DNA from: Alphaproteobacteria bacterium
Lineage (GTDB): Bacteria > Pseudomonadota > Alphaproteobacteria > UBA828
DNA length: 64,000 nt
NCBI GenBank assembly: GCA_965220745.1
Contig: CBDCQT010000011.1
Location: 512,001-576,000, forward strand
Direction of reading: 5' to 3'
A program made the translations under genes and the position numbers. Every line of letters begins with the position of its first letter. Position 1 is the first letter of the stretch. Below are positions 51,963 through 61,422 of the stretch, one piece after another. The notes beneath the pieces are model-generated. The model was not told where the DNA came from, searched no databases, and was given only the letters and a program-made list of their open reading frames with translations.

Positions 51963-54242
51963 CTAGCCGTCGCCGCCCGGCAATGGGCCGGGCTTCATGA
52001 ACGCGTTCAGCACGTTGGCGGTCACCTTCGACGCGCTGTTGTCGCAGCCGTTGATGGGTAGCGCTTGGCCCCAGGCGATGGAGCTTGCGGACCACACCGC
52101 GCCGTCGTTCGGCGTGGTGAAATAGGTCATGTCGGCCCGGATGCGATGATCCTGCGTGCCGCCCATGCCGGGGTAGTTGCAGAGGATGTCCTCCACCACC
52201 AGGGGGAAGTTGTCCGAATGGCCCTCGGACGAGGCGAGGATCAGCGTGTGCGGCGGGGTGCCCAGAGCCAGGTCGTAGCGGTCGAACTCGATGCCCGCCG
52301 CCCCGCCCACGGCAAGCCCCTGCTCGCCGATGATGTCGCCGTCGATGCCCTCGAAGATCCAGGCGGCGGCAGGGTTCTCGGCATCCGGCATCTTGCGGTA
52401 GGGCTTGGACTCGTCCATGCCCTCGGAGGTGAAGCCGGTGCCCACAAGCTTCTGCGGCGCCCGCCCGCGCCCGCGCCAGAGACCGCCACGCTCCCCGTTG
52501 CTGACCATGTAGTGCTCGCCGGGCTCGGCGTTCCAGGACCGCGTGCCCAAGTCGAGCCGGCGCACCTCCATCACGTCCATGTCATCCGCGCGGAAGGAGA
52601 CCACCCAGTAATAGCCGTTGCCGGAGAGGTACATGAGCCTGCCGCCGGACGCGAGATAGTCCTCGGTCGCGTCCATCATGGCCTCGGAGTAGTACTCGGC
52701 GTGGGTGGCGTTGATGACGACGTTGTAGGGCTCGAGGCAGGCTAGGCCCTCCTGGTGCAGGTCCTCGTCGGTGATCACGTCGTAGTCGTAGCCCATGGTC
52801 TCGAGCCAGTAGATGACCGAGAGGTCGGCCGGGAACTGCCAGGGCACGACCGTGGGCGCCATGCGGTGCCTGGGCCGCATGTTGAAGATCGGCCGGAGCC
52901 GGGTGGTGTAGCAGACGCCCGCACCGTCCCGGTGGCTGTCGTAGCAGGAGAGGCCGTATTCCCGCCGCTGCCTGAGCGCCAGATCCCACTCGTGGATCAC
53001 GGTCACCTGACTGCTCAGCACCTGGGCCATGCCGGTGTCGAGGCCGATGCGCTCGTTGGCGTAGGCGAGGTAGCTGCAGGTGGGCATCAGCATCGCGATG
53101 GGCGCGGAGGGCTCCTTGGGCCGCAGGAAGAAGACCACGTGCTCCTCCGCATCGCCCGCTCTGAGTCTCGCGGCGTAGACGCCGCTCTTCACGTCCGGCA
53201 CCTCCATGGAGACGGTGGGCTGCCAGCCGCAGTCGGCGAGCGAATCCTCGTGGAACTCGATGCCGCCGAACTGATCAGGCGCGTAACGGAAGCAGTCCTC
53301 GTGGCCGTTCCAGTTGAAGCCAGTCATGCCCCGCACCGGGCGGTTGACGCCCTGGCCGTGGAGCCCGTGGGGCCCGGTGTCGACCACCGTGTCGCCGATG
53401 CCGGTCGCGCTATAGCCGGCCGTGGTGTCCCAGGCGGCGATGACCGCGTCGGTCGCCGGCGCGCCGCCTGCCGCCCGCGCGCGGTCGAGCGCGTCGCGGC
53501 TTAGCACGGCGCCGGCGACGCCCGCGCGGTCGATCTTGCCGTTGTAGAGCTGGCTCGCGAAGGCGCCCCGCTCCCCGAAACGGTCTTGGGTCGCAGCCCA
53601 GAAAAAGTCAGCGTCCGCCGCAGCGGGGTTCACTCCGAGCCGCGCGCTCAGGTGGCAGGAGCGCGGCAGCGGCACGATCTTGGAGAGCAGGTTGTTGTAG
53701 CGGTTCTCGACCGGCTCCTGGTAGAGCGTGGCCTCGCCGCTCGCCGGGTCGTAGGAGGCGGCCACCAGGTACCACTGGCGCGCGATCAGCGGAATGTCGG
53801 CCTCGAGAACTCCCGTAATGTCGCCGTTGCCCAACTGGAACTCGAGCGCGCCGCTCTCTGCGATGCTGAGCGCGTAGCCACGACCGTCGGCGATGGACCA
53901 GCGGGTGAGGATGCCCTGGCGGCCATCGTCAGGCGTCCGGGGCCAGATGTAGGCCCAGAGGGTGAAGGGGCCGCTCGTGGCAAGCCGGCCCTTCGGGTCC
54001 GCGACGCGGACGAAGCTCCCGAGCTGCGTGTGTTGCTTGGTCACGGCGTGCGTTCCGTTCACCGGCGCATCCACCTCGCGCTCGACGAAGCCGGGCCCCT
54101 CCGGGTTCTCGTCGCCGTGGATCAGGCGCACGAGCTGGAGCTCGACCCGGTTCGTGCCCTCGGCGTTCACCATGATGTCGAGCAGCTCGCCCGGCCGTGC
54201 GCTGAAGCGGTCGCAGTAGCCCGCCAGGTGAATCTCTGCCAT
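51963..54242 (-). CDS. N,N-dimethylformamidase large subunit family
   Basis: LVRLIHGDENPEGPG, LamG-like domain, SYLAYANE and GLSCYD (Tyr Fe ligands), THAEYYS, YLSGNGYYW, AAGIEFDR. Confidence 0.93.
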   Translation of the reverse strand: MAEIHLAGYCDRFSARPGELLDIMVNAEGTNRVELQLVRLIHGDENPEGPGFVEREVDAPVNGTHAVTKQHTQLGSFVRVADPKGRLATSGPFTLWAYIWPRTPDDGRQGILTRWSIADGRGYALSIAESGALEFQLGNGDITGVLEADIPLIARQWYLVAASYDPASGEATLYQEPVENRYNNLLSKIVPLPRSCHLSARLGVNPAAADADFFWAATQDRFGERGAFASQLYNGKIDRAGVAGAVLSRDALDRARAAGGAPATDAVIAAWDTTAGYSATGIGDTVVDTGPHGLHGQGVNRPVRGMTGFNWNGHEDCFRYAPDQFGGIEFHEDSLADCGWQPTVSMEVPDVKSGVYAARLRAGDAEEHVVFFLRPKEPSAPIAMLMPTCSYLAYANERIGLDTGMAQVLSSQVTVIHEWDLALRQRREYGLSCYDSHRDGAGVCYTTRLRPIFNMRPRHRMAPTVVPWQFPADLSVIYWLETMGYDYDVITDEDLHQEGLACLEPYNVVINATHAEYYSEAMMDATEDYLASGGRLMYLSGNGYYWVVSFRADDMDVMEVRRLDLGTRSWNAEPGEHYMVSNGERGGLWRGRGRAPQKLVGTGFTSEGMDESKPYRKMPDAENPAAAWIFEGIDGDIIGEQGLAVGGAAGIEFDRYDLALGTPPHTLILASSEGHSDNFPLVVEDILCNYPGMGGTQDHRIRADMTYFTTPNDGAVWSASSIAWGQALPINGCDNSASKVTANVLNAFMKPGPLPGGDG

Positions 54243-54260
54243 CGCTCTTCTCCCCGGCCC

Positions 54261-54629
54261 TCAGGCGTCGCTCGCCATCAGCGCGTCCACCCGCATGAGG
54301 AAGACCGCGTGGAGCGCCTCGTTCTTGTCGGTGTAGATGGTCCCGTCCACGTCCTTGGGCAGGCCGCCCTCCTGCGCCGTGGTGGTCACGATCTTGTACT
54401 TGCGGTTGGCCTCAAGCTCGAACAGCACGTACTTGCCCTCGAACGGCCCGCGCCGGAAGTAGTTGAGCACGCGCTCCAGATCGCCCGAGTGCTGGCCGAG
54501 CGGGCTCGCGCGGTACTCCTCGATGAGCGCCGGCGTGATGAGCGTTCTGAGATGCGCGCGCAGCTGCCTGTCGAAGCGCCGCTGGTAGACCTTGTCCCTG
54601 TCGTGATGGGCGGCCGTCTCGCCTGCCAT
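54261..54629 (-). CDS. N,N-dimethylformamidase small subunit family
   Basis: EEY..SPLG.HS..LERVLNYFR...GKY and EALHAVFL.R motifs; directly upstream of the large subunit. Confidence 0.85.
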   Translation of the reverse strand: MAGETAAHHDRDKVYQRRFDRQLRAHLRTLITPALIEEYRASPLGQHSGDLERVLNYFRRGPFEGKYVLFELEANRKYKIVTTTAQEGGLPKDVDGTIYTDKNEALHAVFLMRVDALMASDA

Positions 54630-54753
54630 ACCTCCTACTCCCGATCGTGAACGGGCGGGCAGGATAACCCCCGTCTCGCGTCCGGGTCATCTGGCTCCGA
54701 TCCGTGCTAGGTTCCGGCGCATCGGGCCAGCGACGGAGTGGGAGAGGCGCGGC

Positions 54754-55623
54754 ATGAAAGAGTTGGGCAAGCGCGGGGTGTGGATATTCCCGGATGCGCC
54801 ATCGGCGCGCGAGGTCGCGGCCTTTGCGCAGGCGGCGGAAGGCCTGGGCTACGACGCGCTCTGGTATCCCGAGGGCACGGGCTTCGAGAGCCTCAGCTTC
54901 GCCGCCTTCGTGCTGGCGGAGACGGAGCGGCTCTGCGCCGCGAGCGGCATCGCCAACATCTATGCGCGGGACGCAGTGGCTGCCATTTCCGGCCACGACA
55001 CCCTCAACCATTTCTATGGCGACCGCTTCGTGCTTGGGCTCGGCGTCTCGCACGTGCCGCTGGTGGAGGGTTTCCGCGGGCACAGCTACGCCAAGCCCGT
55101 GGCGACCATGCGCGCCTACCTCGACGCCATGGATGCCGCCGAGGTGGCCATCCCTGCGCAGGAGCGGAACGTCGTGCTCGCCGCTCTTGGCCCTCGGATG
55201 CTGGCTCTGGCTGCCGAGCGCACGCGGGGCGCGCACCCCTACAACGTGACGCCGGAGCACACCGCGCGGGCACGCGAGATCGTGGGGCCGGACGCCTGGC
55301 TCTGCGTCGAGCAGAAGGTCTGCGTCACCAACGAGGCATCGACGGCCCGCAACGTGGCGGCGCAGACTCTCGCGATCTACATGCCGCTCACGAACTACCG
55401 CAACAACTGGCTCAGCCTCGGCTTCGGCGAGGACGAGCTGGGCGAGCGGGGCAGCGACCGCTTCCTCGATGCCATGGTTGCCTGGGGCAAGCCCGAGGCC
55501 GTGCGCGCGCGCATCAGGGAGCACTTCGATGCGGGCGCGAGCCACGTCTGCATCCAGCCCCTCGATCCCGACGGCAGCACGGCGCCCGACTTGAACGCAG
55601 TCGAGGCTCTCGCCGCGCTCTGA
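54754..55623 (+). CDS. LLM-class probable F420-dependent oxidoreductase (MSMEG_4141/TIGR03620-like)
   Basis: AEGLGYDALW.PE, SGIANIYARD, LGLGVSH, AALGPRML, GAHPY..TPEHT. Confidence 0.85.
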   Translation: MKELGKRGVWIFPDAPSAREVAAFAQAAEGLGYDALWYPEGTGFESLSFAAFVLAETERLCAASGIANIYARDAVAAISGHDTLNHFYGDRFVLGLGVSHVPLVEGFRGHSYAKPVATMRAYLDAMDAAEVAIPAQERNVVLAALGPRMLALAAERTRGAHPYNVTPEHTARAREIVGPDAWLCVEQKVCVTNEASTARNVAAQTLAIYMPLTNYRNNWLSLGFGEDELGERGSDRFLDAMVAWGKPEAVRARIREHFDAGASHVCIQPLDPDGSTAPDLNAVEALAAL

Positions 55624-55705
55624 ACGCTCGACTTCAGCGCCGCGCCCCGCGCCGGGGTGACGGGCGCGCGCCTAAATCGGAATGGTGGACAGTGGGGAGG
55701 CCAGC

Positions 55706-57358
55706 ATGACCGGCGCCGATCTCTTGGTGAAAATTCTGAAGGCGGAAGGGGTCCGCCAGTGCCTCTGCTTCCCCATGACCCCGATCATCGAGGCCATGGC
55801 GCGCGCCGGCCTGCGCGTCATCACCACGCGGCAGGAGCGCGTTGCCGGCAACATGGCGGACGGCGTCTCGCGCTCCACCAACGGGCGCGAGATCGGCGTC
55901 TTCACGGTGCAGGCGCTGGCGGGGTCGGAGAACGCGTTCGCCGGCGTTGCCCAGGCGCACACGGATTCGTCGCCGGTGCTGTTCCTCCCCGGCCACCCCG
56001 GCACGTCCTATGTGGATCAGCCCCCCACCTTCGACAGCAAGGCGAATTACGCCGCCACCACGAAGATGGCGCAGAAGGTGCTGGCCGCCGACCACATGCC
56101 GGTCAAGCTGCGTCAGGCCTTCACGGCGCTCCGCTCCGGCCGGCCGCAGCCGGTGATGCTGGAGCTGCTGGGCGATGCGTGCGCGGGCGAGGTGAACGGT
56201 GCGCCCGAGTACGCGCCGGTGCGGCGCATGCGCTCTGCGGCCGACGACGGCGCGGTGCGGGAGGCGGTCGAGCGCCTGCTCGCGGCCGAGACGCCCATGA
56301 TCTGGGCCGGTCAGGGCGTGCTCTGGGCCGAGGCGAGTGACGAGCTACGCGAGGTGGCCGAGCTGCTCGGCGCGCCCGCGATGACCACGTTGCAGGGCAA
56401 GAGCGCGATCCCCGAGGCGCACCCGCTGGCGGCGGGCGTGGGCGCTCTCTCCACCACCGCCATGGCCGCCCACTACCTGCAGGCGAGCGATTGCGTGCTC
56501 GCCGTGGGCTCCAGCCTGACCCGCGCGCCCTTCACGCCGGCGATTCCTGACGGCAAGACCATCATCCACGCGACCGTGGACCCCATCGACATCAACAAGG
56601 AATATGCCGCCGCCGTCGGCATCGTGGCCGACGCCAAGCTGTTCCTCGCGCAGCTCGCCGCCGAGCTCAGGCGCCACGTGGGCGATGGCCGCGCCGAACA
56701 GCGCGCCGAGACCGCCGACACCATCGCCCGCATCAAGGGCGAGTGGCACGCCGAGTACGAGCCGCTCTTCGCCGACGATTCGGCGCCGATCAACGGCTAC
56801 CGCATGATGCGTGAGCTCTGGTCCGTGCTCGACCCGGAGACCACCATGCTCACCCACGAGTCCGGCGCGTCGCGGGACATCCAGAGCGTCTTCTACGAAT
56901 CAGGCCCGCCGCGCAGCTATCTCGGCTGGGGCCAGTCCTCGCAGCTCGGCTTCTCCCTCGGCCTCGCCATGGGCGCGAAGCTCGCAAACCCCGAGAAGCT
57001 GGTCGTCAACGTGATGGGTGACGCCTCGGTGGGCATGACCGGAATGGACTGGGAAACCGCGTCGCGCAACGAAATCCCGATCCTCACCGTGATCAAGCAC
57101 GATTCGATCTTCTCGGGCTACGACCGCAACATCCCCGAGGCCTCGGCGCGTTTCGAAGCGAACAGGCAGCAGGGCGATTACGCGACCATTGCGGCAAGCC
57201 TCGGCTGCCACGCCGAGACGGTGACCGAGCCCAAGGCGCTCAGGCCGGCGTTCGAGCGCGCGATCCGCGCCACGAACGAGGGCCAGCCGGCGGTGGTGGA
57301 CGTCATCACCGCCGAGACCCGCAAGCTCTCCCGCCTCGCGCCGACTTCGATCGGCTGA
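55706..57358 (+). CDS. Thiamine diphosphate-dependent enzyme (acetolactate synthase-like superfamily)
   Basis: RQERVAGNMADG (catalytic Glu), TTLQGKS, MGDAS..MTG ThDP motif. Confidence 0.9.
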   Translation: MTGADLLVKILKAEGVRQCLCFPMTPIIEAMARAGLRVITTRQERVAGNMADGVSRSTNGREIGVFTVQALAGSENAFAGVAQAHTDSSPVLFLPGHPGTSYVDQPPTFDSKANYAATTKMAQKVLAADHMPVKLRQAFTALRSGRPQPVMLELLGDACAGEVNGAPEYAPVRRMRSAADDGAVREAVERLLAAETPMIWAGQGVLWAEASDELREVAELLGAPAMTTLQGKSAIPEAHPLAAGVGALSTTAMAAHYLQASDCVLAVGSSLTRAPFTPAIPDGKTIIHATVDPIDINKEYAAAVGIVADAKLFLAQLAAELRRHVGDGRAEQRAETADTIARIKGEWHAEYEPLFADDSAPINGYRMMRELWSVLDPETTMLTHESGASRDIQSVFYESGPPRSYLGWGQSSQLGFSLGLAMGAKLANPEKLVVNVMGDASVGMTGMDWETASRNEIPILTVIKHDSIFSGYDRNIPEASARFEANRQQGDYATIAASLGCHAETVTEPKALRPAFERAIRATNEGQPAVVDVITAETRKLSRLAPTSIG

Positions 57359-57430
57359 GCCTCGCGCCTCTTCTCCGCGTGCGACCCTGCGCGCGTGCGG
57401 GAGCCGCAGCAACGAAGGAACGAGACCACG

Positions 57431-58192
57431 ATGGGAAGGCTGAACGACAAGGTCGCGGTGGTGACCGGCGGCTCGCGCGGCATCGGCGCCGCCATCGCAC
57501 GGCGCTTCGGTGCGGAGGGCGCGCGCGTGGCCGTGGTCTACAGGGCGGCGGCCGAGGCCGCGGACGAGGTCGTGGCGGGGATCGAGGCTGCCGGAGGCGA
57601 GGCCACCGCCATCCGCTGCGACGTGGCGCAGACCGAGGCGTGCGCGGACATGGCGGAGGACGTGGCCGCGGCATTCGGTGGCGCCGACATCCTCGTCAAC
57701 AATGCGGGCATTCACCTGCTGACCGATCTCGGCGAGACCACCGAGGATCAGTGGGACCGGCAGATGGACACCAACGTCAAGGGTGCCTACTTCGCCGCTC
57801 AGGCGCTGCTACCGCAGATGATGGCCCGCGGCGGCGGCAAGATCATCAACATCGGCTCGATCGTCGGCGAGACCGCCATCATGCGCTCGGCGGTCTACTG
57901 CGCCAGCAAGGGCGCGCTCAAACTGCTCACAAAATCGCTCGCTCTCGACCTGCGCCCGCACAACATTCAGGTGAACACCCTCTCGCCCGGCTGCGTCGCG
58001 ACGGATATGAACGCCCGCTACCGGGTCGAGATCGAGGGCTATGCCGAATCCCTGCAGGGCCGCTTCGGGCCGGGCGATCCGTGGATGACGCCCGACGACA
58101 TGGCGGGCACCGCCCTCTATCTGGCGTCATCGGATTCCGATACGGTCACCGGCGCCAACATCATGGTGGACAAAGGCTATTCCGCCTACTGA
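57431..58192 (+). CDS. Short-chain dehydrogenase/reductase, copy A
   Basis: TGGSRGIG, NNAG, S..YCASK. Confidence 0.95.
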   Translation: MGRLNDKVAVVTGGSRGIGAAIARRFGAEGARVAVVYRAAAEAADEVVAGIEAAGGEATAIRCDVAQTEACADMAEDVAAAFGGADILVNNAGIHLLTDLGETTEDQWDRQMDTNVKGAYFAAQALLPQMMARGGGKIINIGSIVGETAIMRSAVYCASKGALKLLTKSLALDLRPHNIQVNTLSPGCVATDMNARYRVEIEGYAESLQGRFGPGDPWMTPDDMAGTALYLASSDSDTVTGANIMVDKGYSAY

Positions 58193-58252
58193 CCCGCTCG
58201 GCAAGAATGCGACGTGGCCGGCACGCCGGCGCAACCGGAGGACGAGACAACG

Positions 58253-59014
58253 ATGGGCAGGCTGAACGACAAGGTGGCAGTGGTGACAGGCGGCTCACGC
58301 GGCATCGGCGCCGCCATCGCTCGCCGTTTCGGTGCGGAGGGCGCGCGCGTCGCCGTGATCTACAAGGCGGCGGCCGAGGCGGCAGATGAGGTCGTGGCCG
58401 ACGTCAAGGCCGCCGGCAGCGAGGCCACCGCCATCCGCTGCGACGTGGCGCAGACGCAAGACTGCAACGCCATGGCGAACGCCGTGGCGGCGGCCTTCGG
58501 CGGTGCCGACATCCTCGTGAACAACGCGGGCATCTACCTGCTGACGATGCCGGGCGAAACCAGCGAGGACGAGTGGGACAACCAGATGAACACCAACGTC
58601 AAGGGCGCCTACTTCGCAGCCCAGGCGTTGCTGCCGCAGATGATGGCCCGCGGCGGCGGCAAGATCATCAACATCGGCTCGATCGCGGGCGAGACCGGAA
58701 TCCCCGCCTCGGCCGTCTACTGCGCCACCAAGGGCGCGATCAAGCTGATGACCAAGTCGCTCGCGCTCGACCTGCGCCCCCACAACATCCAGGTGAACAG
58801 CCTCTCGCCGGGCTGCGTCGAATCCGACATGAACGCCGGCTACCGGGCCGAGCTGCAGGAATTCATGGATGCGTTGCAGGGCCGCTTCGGCGTCGGCAAT
58901 CCGTGGATGGTGCCGGACGACATGGCGGGCACCGCCGTTTATCTGGCGTCCTCGGATTCGGACACCGTCACGGGCGCCAACGTCATGGTGGACAACGGCT
59001 ATTCGGCGTTTTGA
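58253..59014 (+). CDS. Short-chain dehydrogenase/reductase, copy B (tandem paralog)
   Basis: TGGSRGIG, NNAG, YCATK; same length as copy A (253 aa), ungapped alignment. Confidence 0.95.
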   Translation: MGRLNDKVAVVTGGSRGIGAAIARRFGAEGARVAVIYKAAAEAADEVVADVKAAGSEATAIRCDVAQTQDCNAMANAVAAAFGGADILVNNAGIYLLTMPGETSEDEWDNQMNTNVKGAYFAAQALLPQMMARGGGKIINIGSIAGETGIPASAVYCATKGAIKLMTKSLALDLRPHNIQVNSLSPGCVESDMNAGYRAELQEFMDALQGRFGVGNPWMVPDDMAGTAVYLASSDSDTVTGANVMVDNGYSAF

Positions 59015-59015
59015 G

Positions 59016-61394
59016 CTACCCGCCGTGTGCGGCGGAAGGCGCCAGCCGGCAGCGATAGGCGTTGTTCGGCGTTGAACCGCCGATGGGGTCGATGGTCTCG
59101 TTGCCGATCGCCGCATTGAAGTTGGTGTTGTCCGCAGTCGGGTAGCCGGGGAGGGAGAGCCCCTCGCAGCCCTGCCACCATCCATGCGTGGCGCTCACCA
59201 CCTTGGGGTGGAGCTTCGCAGCAAAGCGGGCGCGGGCACGCAGGGTATTGTGAGGCGTGGTCAGCGTAACCCAATCGCCCTCGCCGATGGCGTGCGCGGC
59301 TGCCGTCTCCGGGTTGATTTCCACCAGCGGATCCGGCTCGTGCCGCCGGAGCGAGGGCAGGTTTCGGTTCTGGCTGTGCAGGTAGTGCGTCGACTTGGCG
59401 CAGGTGAGCACGAGCGGATAGGCGTCCGCCACGTCGGTGTCGCCATTCTTGCCGATCGCGGGCTCCACGTAGTCGGGCAAGGGCTCGTAGCCGTGTTCAA
59501 GAAAGCGCTCGGCGTAGATCTCGACCTTTCTGCTCGGCGTGTCGAAGCCGGCGGGATGGCCGTCGACGGGCTCGGCATACTTGCGGTGCTGCACCGGTTG
59601 TGGCGCCCGCACGCCTTGCGGGTTGGCCCGCAGCGCCTCCAGTGTGATGCCGCTCGGCGCAAGCTGGTGCCGGTGGGCCGCATCCAGATCGCCGTTCCAG
59701 AACAGGTTGCCGAGGCCCAGGCGCTCGGCAAGCGCGAAGGCGATTTGCATGTCGGAGCGGGTCTCGCCCCGCGCTTCGATGATCGCCGGCCGCAGCTGGG
59801 CATAGGCGCTCGCCTCCTGATCCACCAGGAAGTCGGTGCAGAGCCCTTCCCTCTCCCACGCGGACGCGACGGGCAGCACGATGTCCGCATACGCCGCCGT
59901 CGGGTTCATGAAGAGATCGGCGTGGACCATGAATTCGAGCGCGCCGAGGGCCTTCGCGCCGCGCGCGCCGTCCGCATGGGTGTAGAGGATGTTCTTGCCG
60001 AAGTTCACCAAGGCCCGCACAGGATAGGGCCGGCGCTCAAGCACCGCCTCGTAGAGCGCGTCCGTGGTGATCCAGCCTTGCGTTTCCGGGCCGAGCGGCC
60101 GTTCGTCGAGGCCGAGCGACTTGCTCCACAGGTCGTCCGGCATCAGGTCGGCGGCCATCACGTCGTTGGTCGGGATGGTTGCGGGCACCACGTTGCCGCC
60201 CTCGGCGTCGAAGCTCCCGGTGAGGGCATAGAGCAGGGCGATGGCACGATTGGTCTGGCTCGCGTTCGCCAGCATCTCGAGCCCAGCCCAGGCGTAGAAC
60301 GAGACCCGCTCCGATGAGCCGATGAGCCGCGCCGTCTCGCGGATCTGCGCCGCCGGGATCCAGGTGATCTCCTCGACCCGCTCGGGCGGGTACTGCCGGC
60401 AGAGCTCCGCATAGAGGTCGAAGGCGGGCCGGCAGGCGATGATGCCTTGCGCGCCGGCGATCTCGAAGCGGCCGGCGAGAGCGAGGTCGGCATCCTCCCG
60501 CTCATAGGCGCCGCTCAGCGTGTCGTAGCGGAGCGGTGCACCCGTGCTGGCGTCCCAGGCGATGCGCTGGGCGGGATCGCCGTCCTCGTCGAGGTCGGCG
60601 CCGGTGAGGAATTGCCCGGTGTCTTCCCGCACCAGGAAGGGGCCGTTGGTCCAGCGCGTGACGAACTCGCGGTCGAACCAGCCCTCCTCGATCATGACGC
60701 CGGCGAGGCCGAGCGCCAGCGCGCCGTCGCTGCCGGGGCGGACACGGAGCCACTGATCCGCCTTGTTCGCGAGACCGGCGCTGCGCGGGTCGACCACCAC
60801 GAGCGTCGCGCCGCGTGCCTTGGCGTCAGCGATCCGCGTCGCGTGAGCGAGCCAGGTCGTGCTCGGATTGTGGCCCCAGAGGATGAAGCAATCGGTTTGC
60901 GCCAGATCGGCTATCGGCATCGGCACGCCGAAGGTGTGGGGGAACACCATCTCCTTGGCGAAGCCGCAAAGCTCCATCGCGATGGCCGCGTTGGGGCTGC
61001 CGAAGGCGCGGCGCAGGCGCTCGACCCAGACGAAGCCGTCCTGCATCGCGGTGCCGGCGGTCGTCGTGATGCCGAACGCGACCGTCTCGGAGCCCGATTC
61101 CTTCGCGAGCCTGTTGAGCGTGTCGGCGATGGTGTCGAGCGCTTCGATCCACCCGATCCGCTCCCAGCCCGGATCGGCATCGCCCTTGGGGCGCGTGCGC
61201 TTCAGTGGGTGGAGCAGCCGGTCGGGGTGATGCACCAGCTCGGGCGCGGCCCGGCCCTTGCCGCAGAGCGCCTTGCCGGTGGGATGTTCGGGGTCGGGCT
61301 CGACCGCGACGAGGCGGCCGTCTTCCACCGTGGAGATGCAGCCGCAGCGCGACCAGCAAAGGGCGCAGAACCCGTGGACTCGTTCGGTGGCCAT
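59016..61394 (-). CDS. Mo/W-bis-PGD oxidoreductase (DMSO reductase family, acetylene hydratase-like group)
   Basis: N-terminal CALCWSRC..C [4Fe-4S] motif, RLLHPLKR, WGHNP, RPGSDGALAL, TAAYADIVLP, C-terminal HSQNR/HGWW; no Tat signal. Confidence 0.9.
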   Translation of the reverse strand: MATERVHGFCALCWSRCGCISTVEDGRLVAVEPDPEHPTGKALCGKGRAAPELVHHPDRLLHPLKRTRPKGDADPGWERIGWIEALDTIADTLNRLAKESGSETVAFGITTTAGTAMQDGFVWVERLRRAFGSPNAAIAMELCGFAKEMVFPHTFGVPMPIADLAQTDCFILWGHNPSTTWLAHATRIADAKARGATLVVVDPRSAGLANKADQWLRVRPGSDGALALGLAGVMIEEGWFDREFVTRWTNGPFLVREDTGQFLTGADLDEDGDPAQRIAWDASTGAPLRYDTLSGAYEREDADLALAGRFEIAGAQGIIACRPAFDLYAELCRQYPPERVEEITWIPAAQIRETARLIGSSERVSFYAWAGLEMLANASQTNRAIALLYALTGSFDAEGGNVVPATIPTNDVMAADLMPDDLWSKSLGLDERPLGPETQGWITTDALYEAVLERRPYPVRALVNFGKNILYTHADGARGAKALGALEFMVHADLFMNPTAAYADIVLPVASAWEREGLCTDFLVDQEASAYAQLRPAIIEARGETRSDMQIAFALAERLGLGNLFWNGDLDAAHRHQLAPSGITLEALRANPQGVRAPQPVQHRKYAEPVDGHPAGFDTPSRKVEIYAERFLEHGYEPLPDYVEPAIGKNGDTDVADAYPLVLTCAKSTHYLHSQNRNLPSLRRHEPDPLVEINPETAAAHAIGEGDWVTLTTPHNTLRARARFAAKLHPKVVSATHGWWQGCEGLSLPGYPTADNTNFNAAIGNETIDPIGGSTPNNAYRCRLAPSAAHGG

Positions 61395-61422
61395 GATCTG
61401 CGTCTCCCTGTGATCGGCGCGA

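Noticed and set aside
57431-59014. SDR pair or the rare-codon patch as diversity-generating retroelement TR/VR
   Set aside because: Differences are not adenine-specific, both copies are intact genes, and there is no reverse transcriptase in the window
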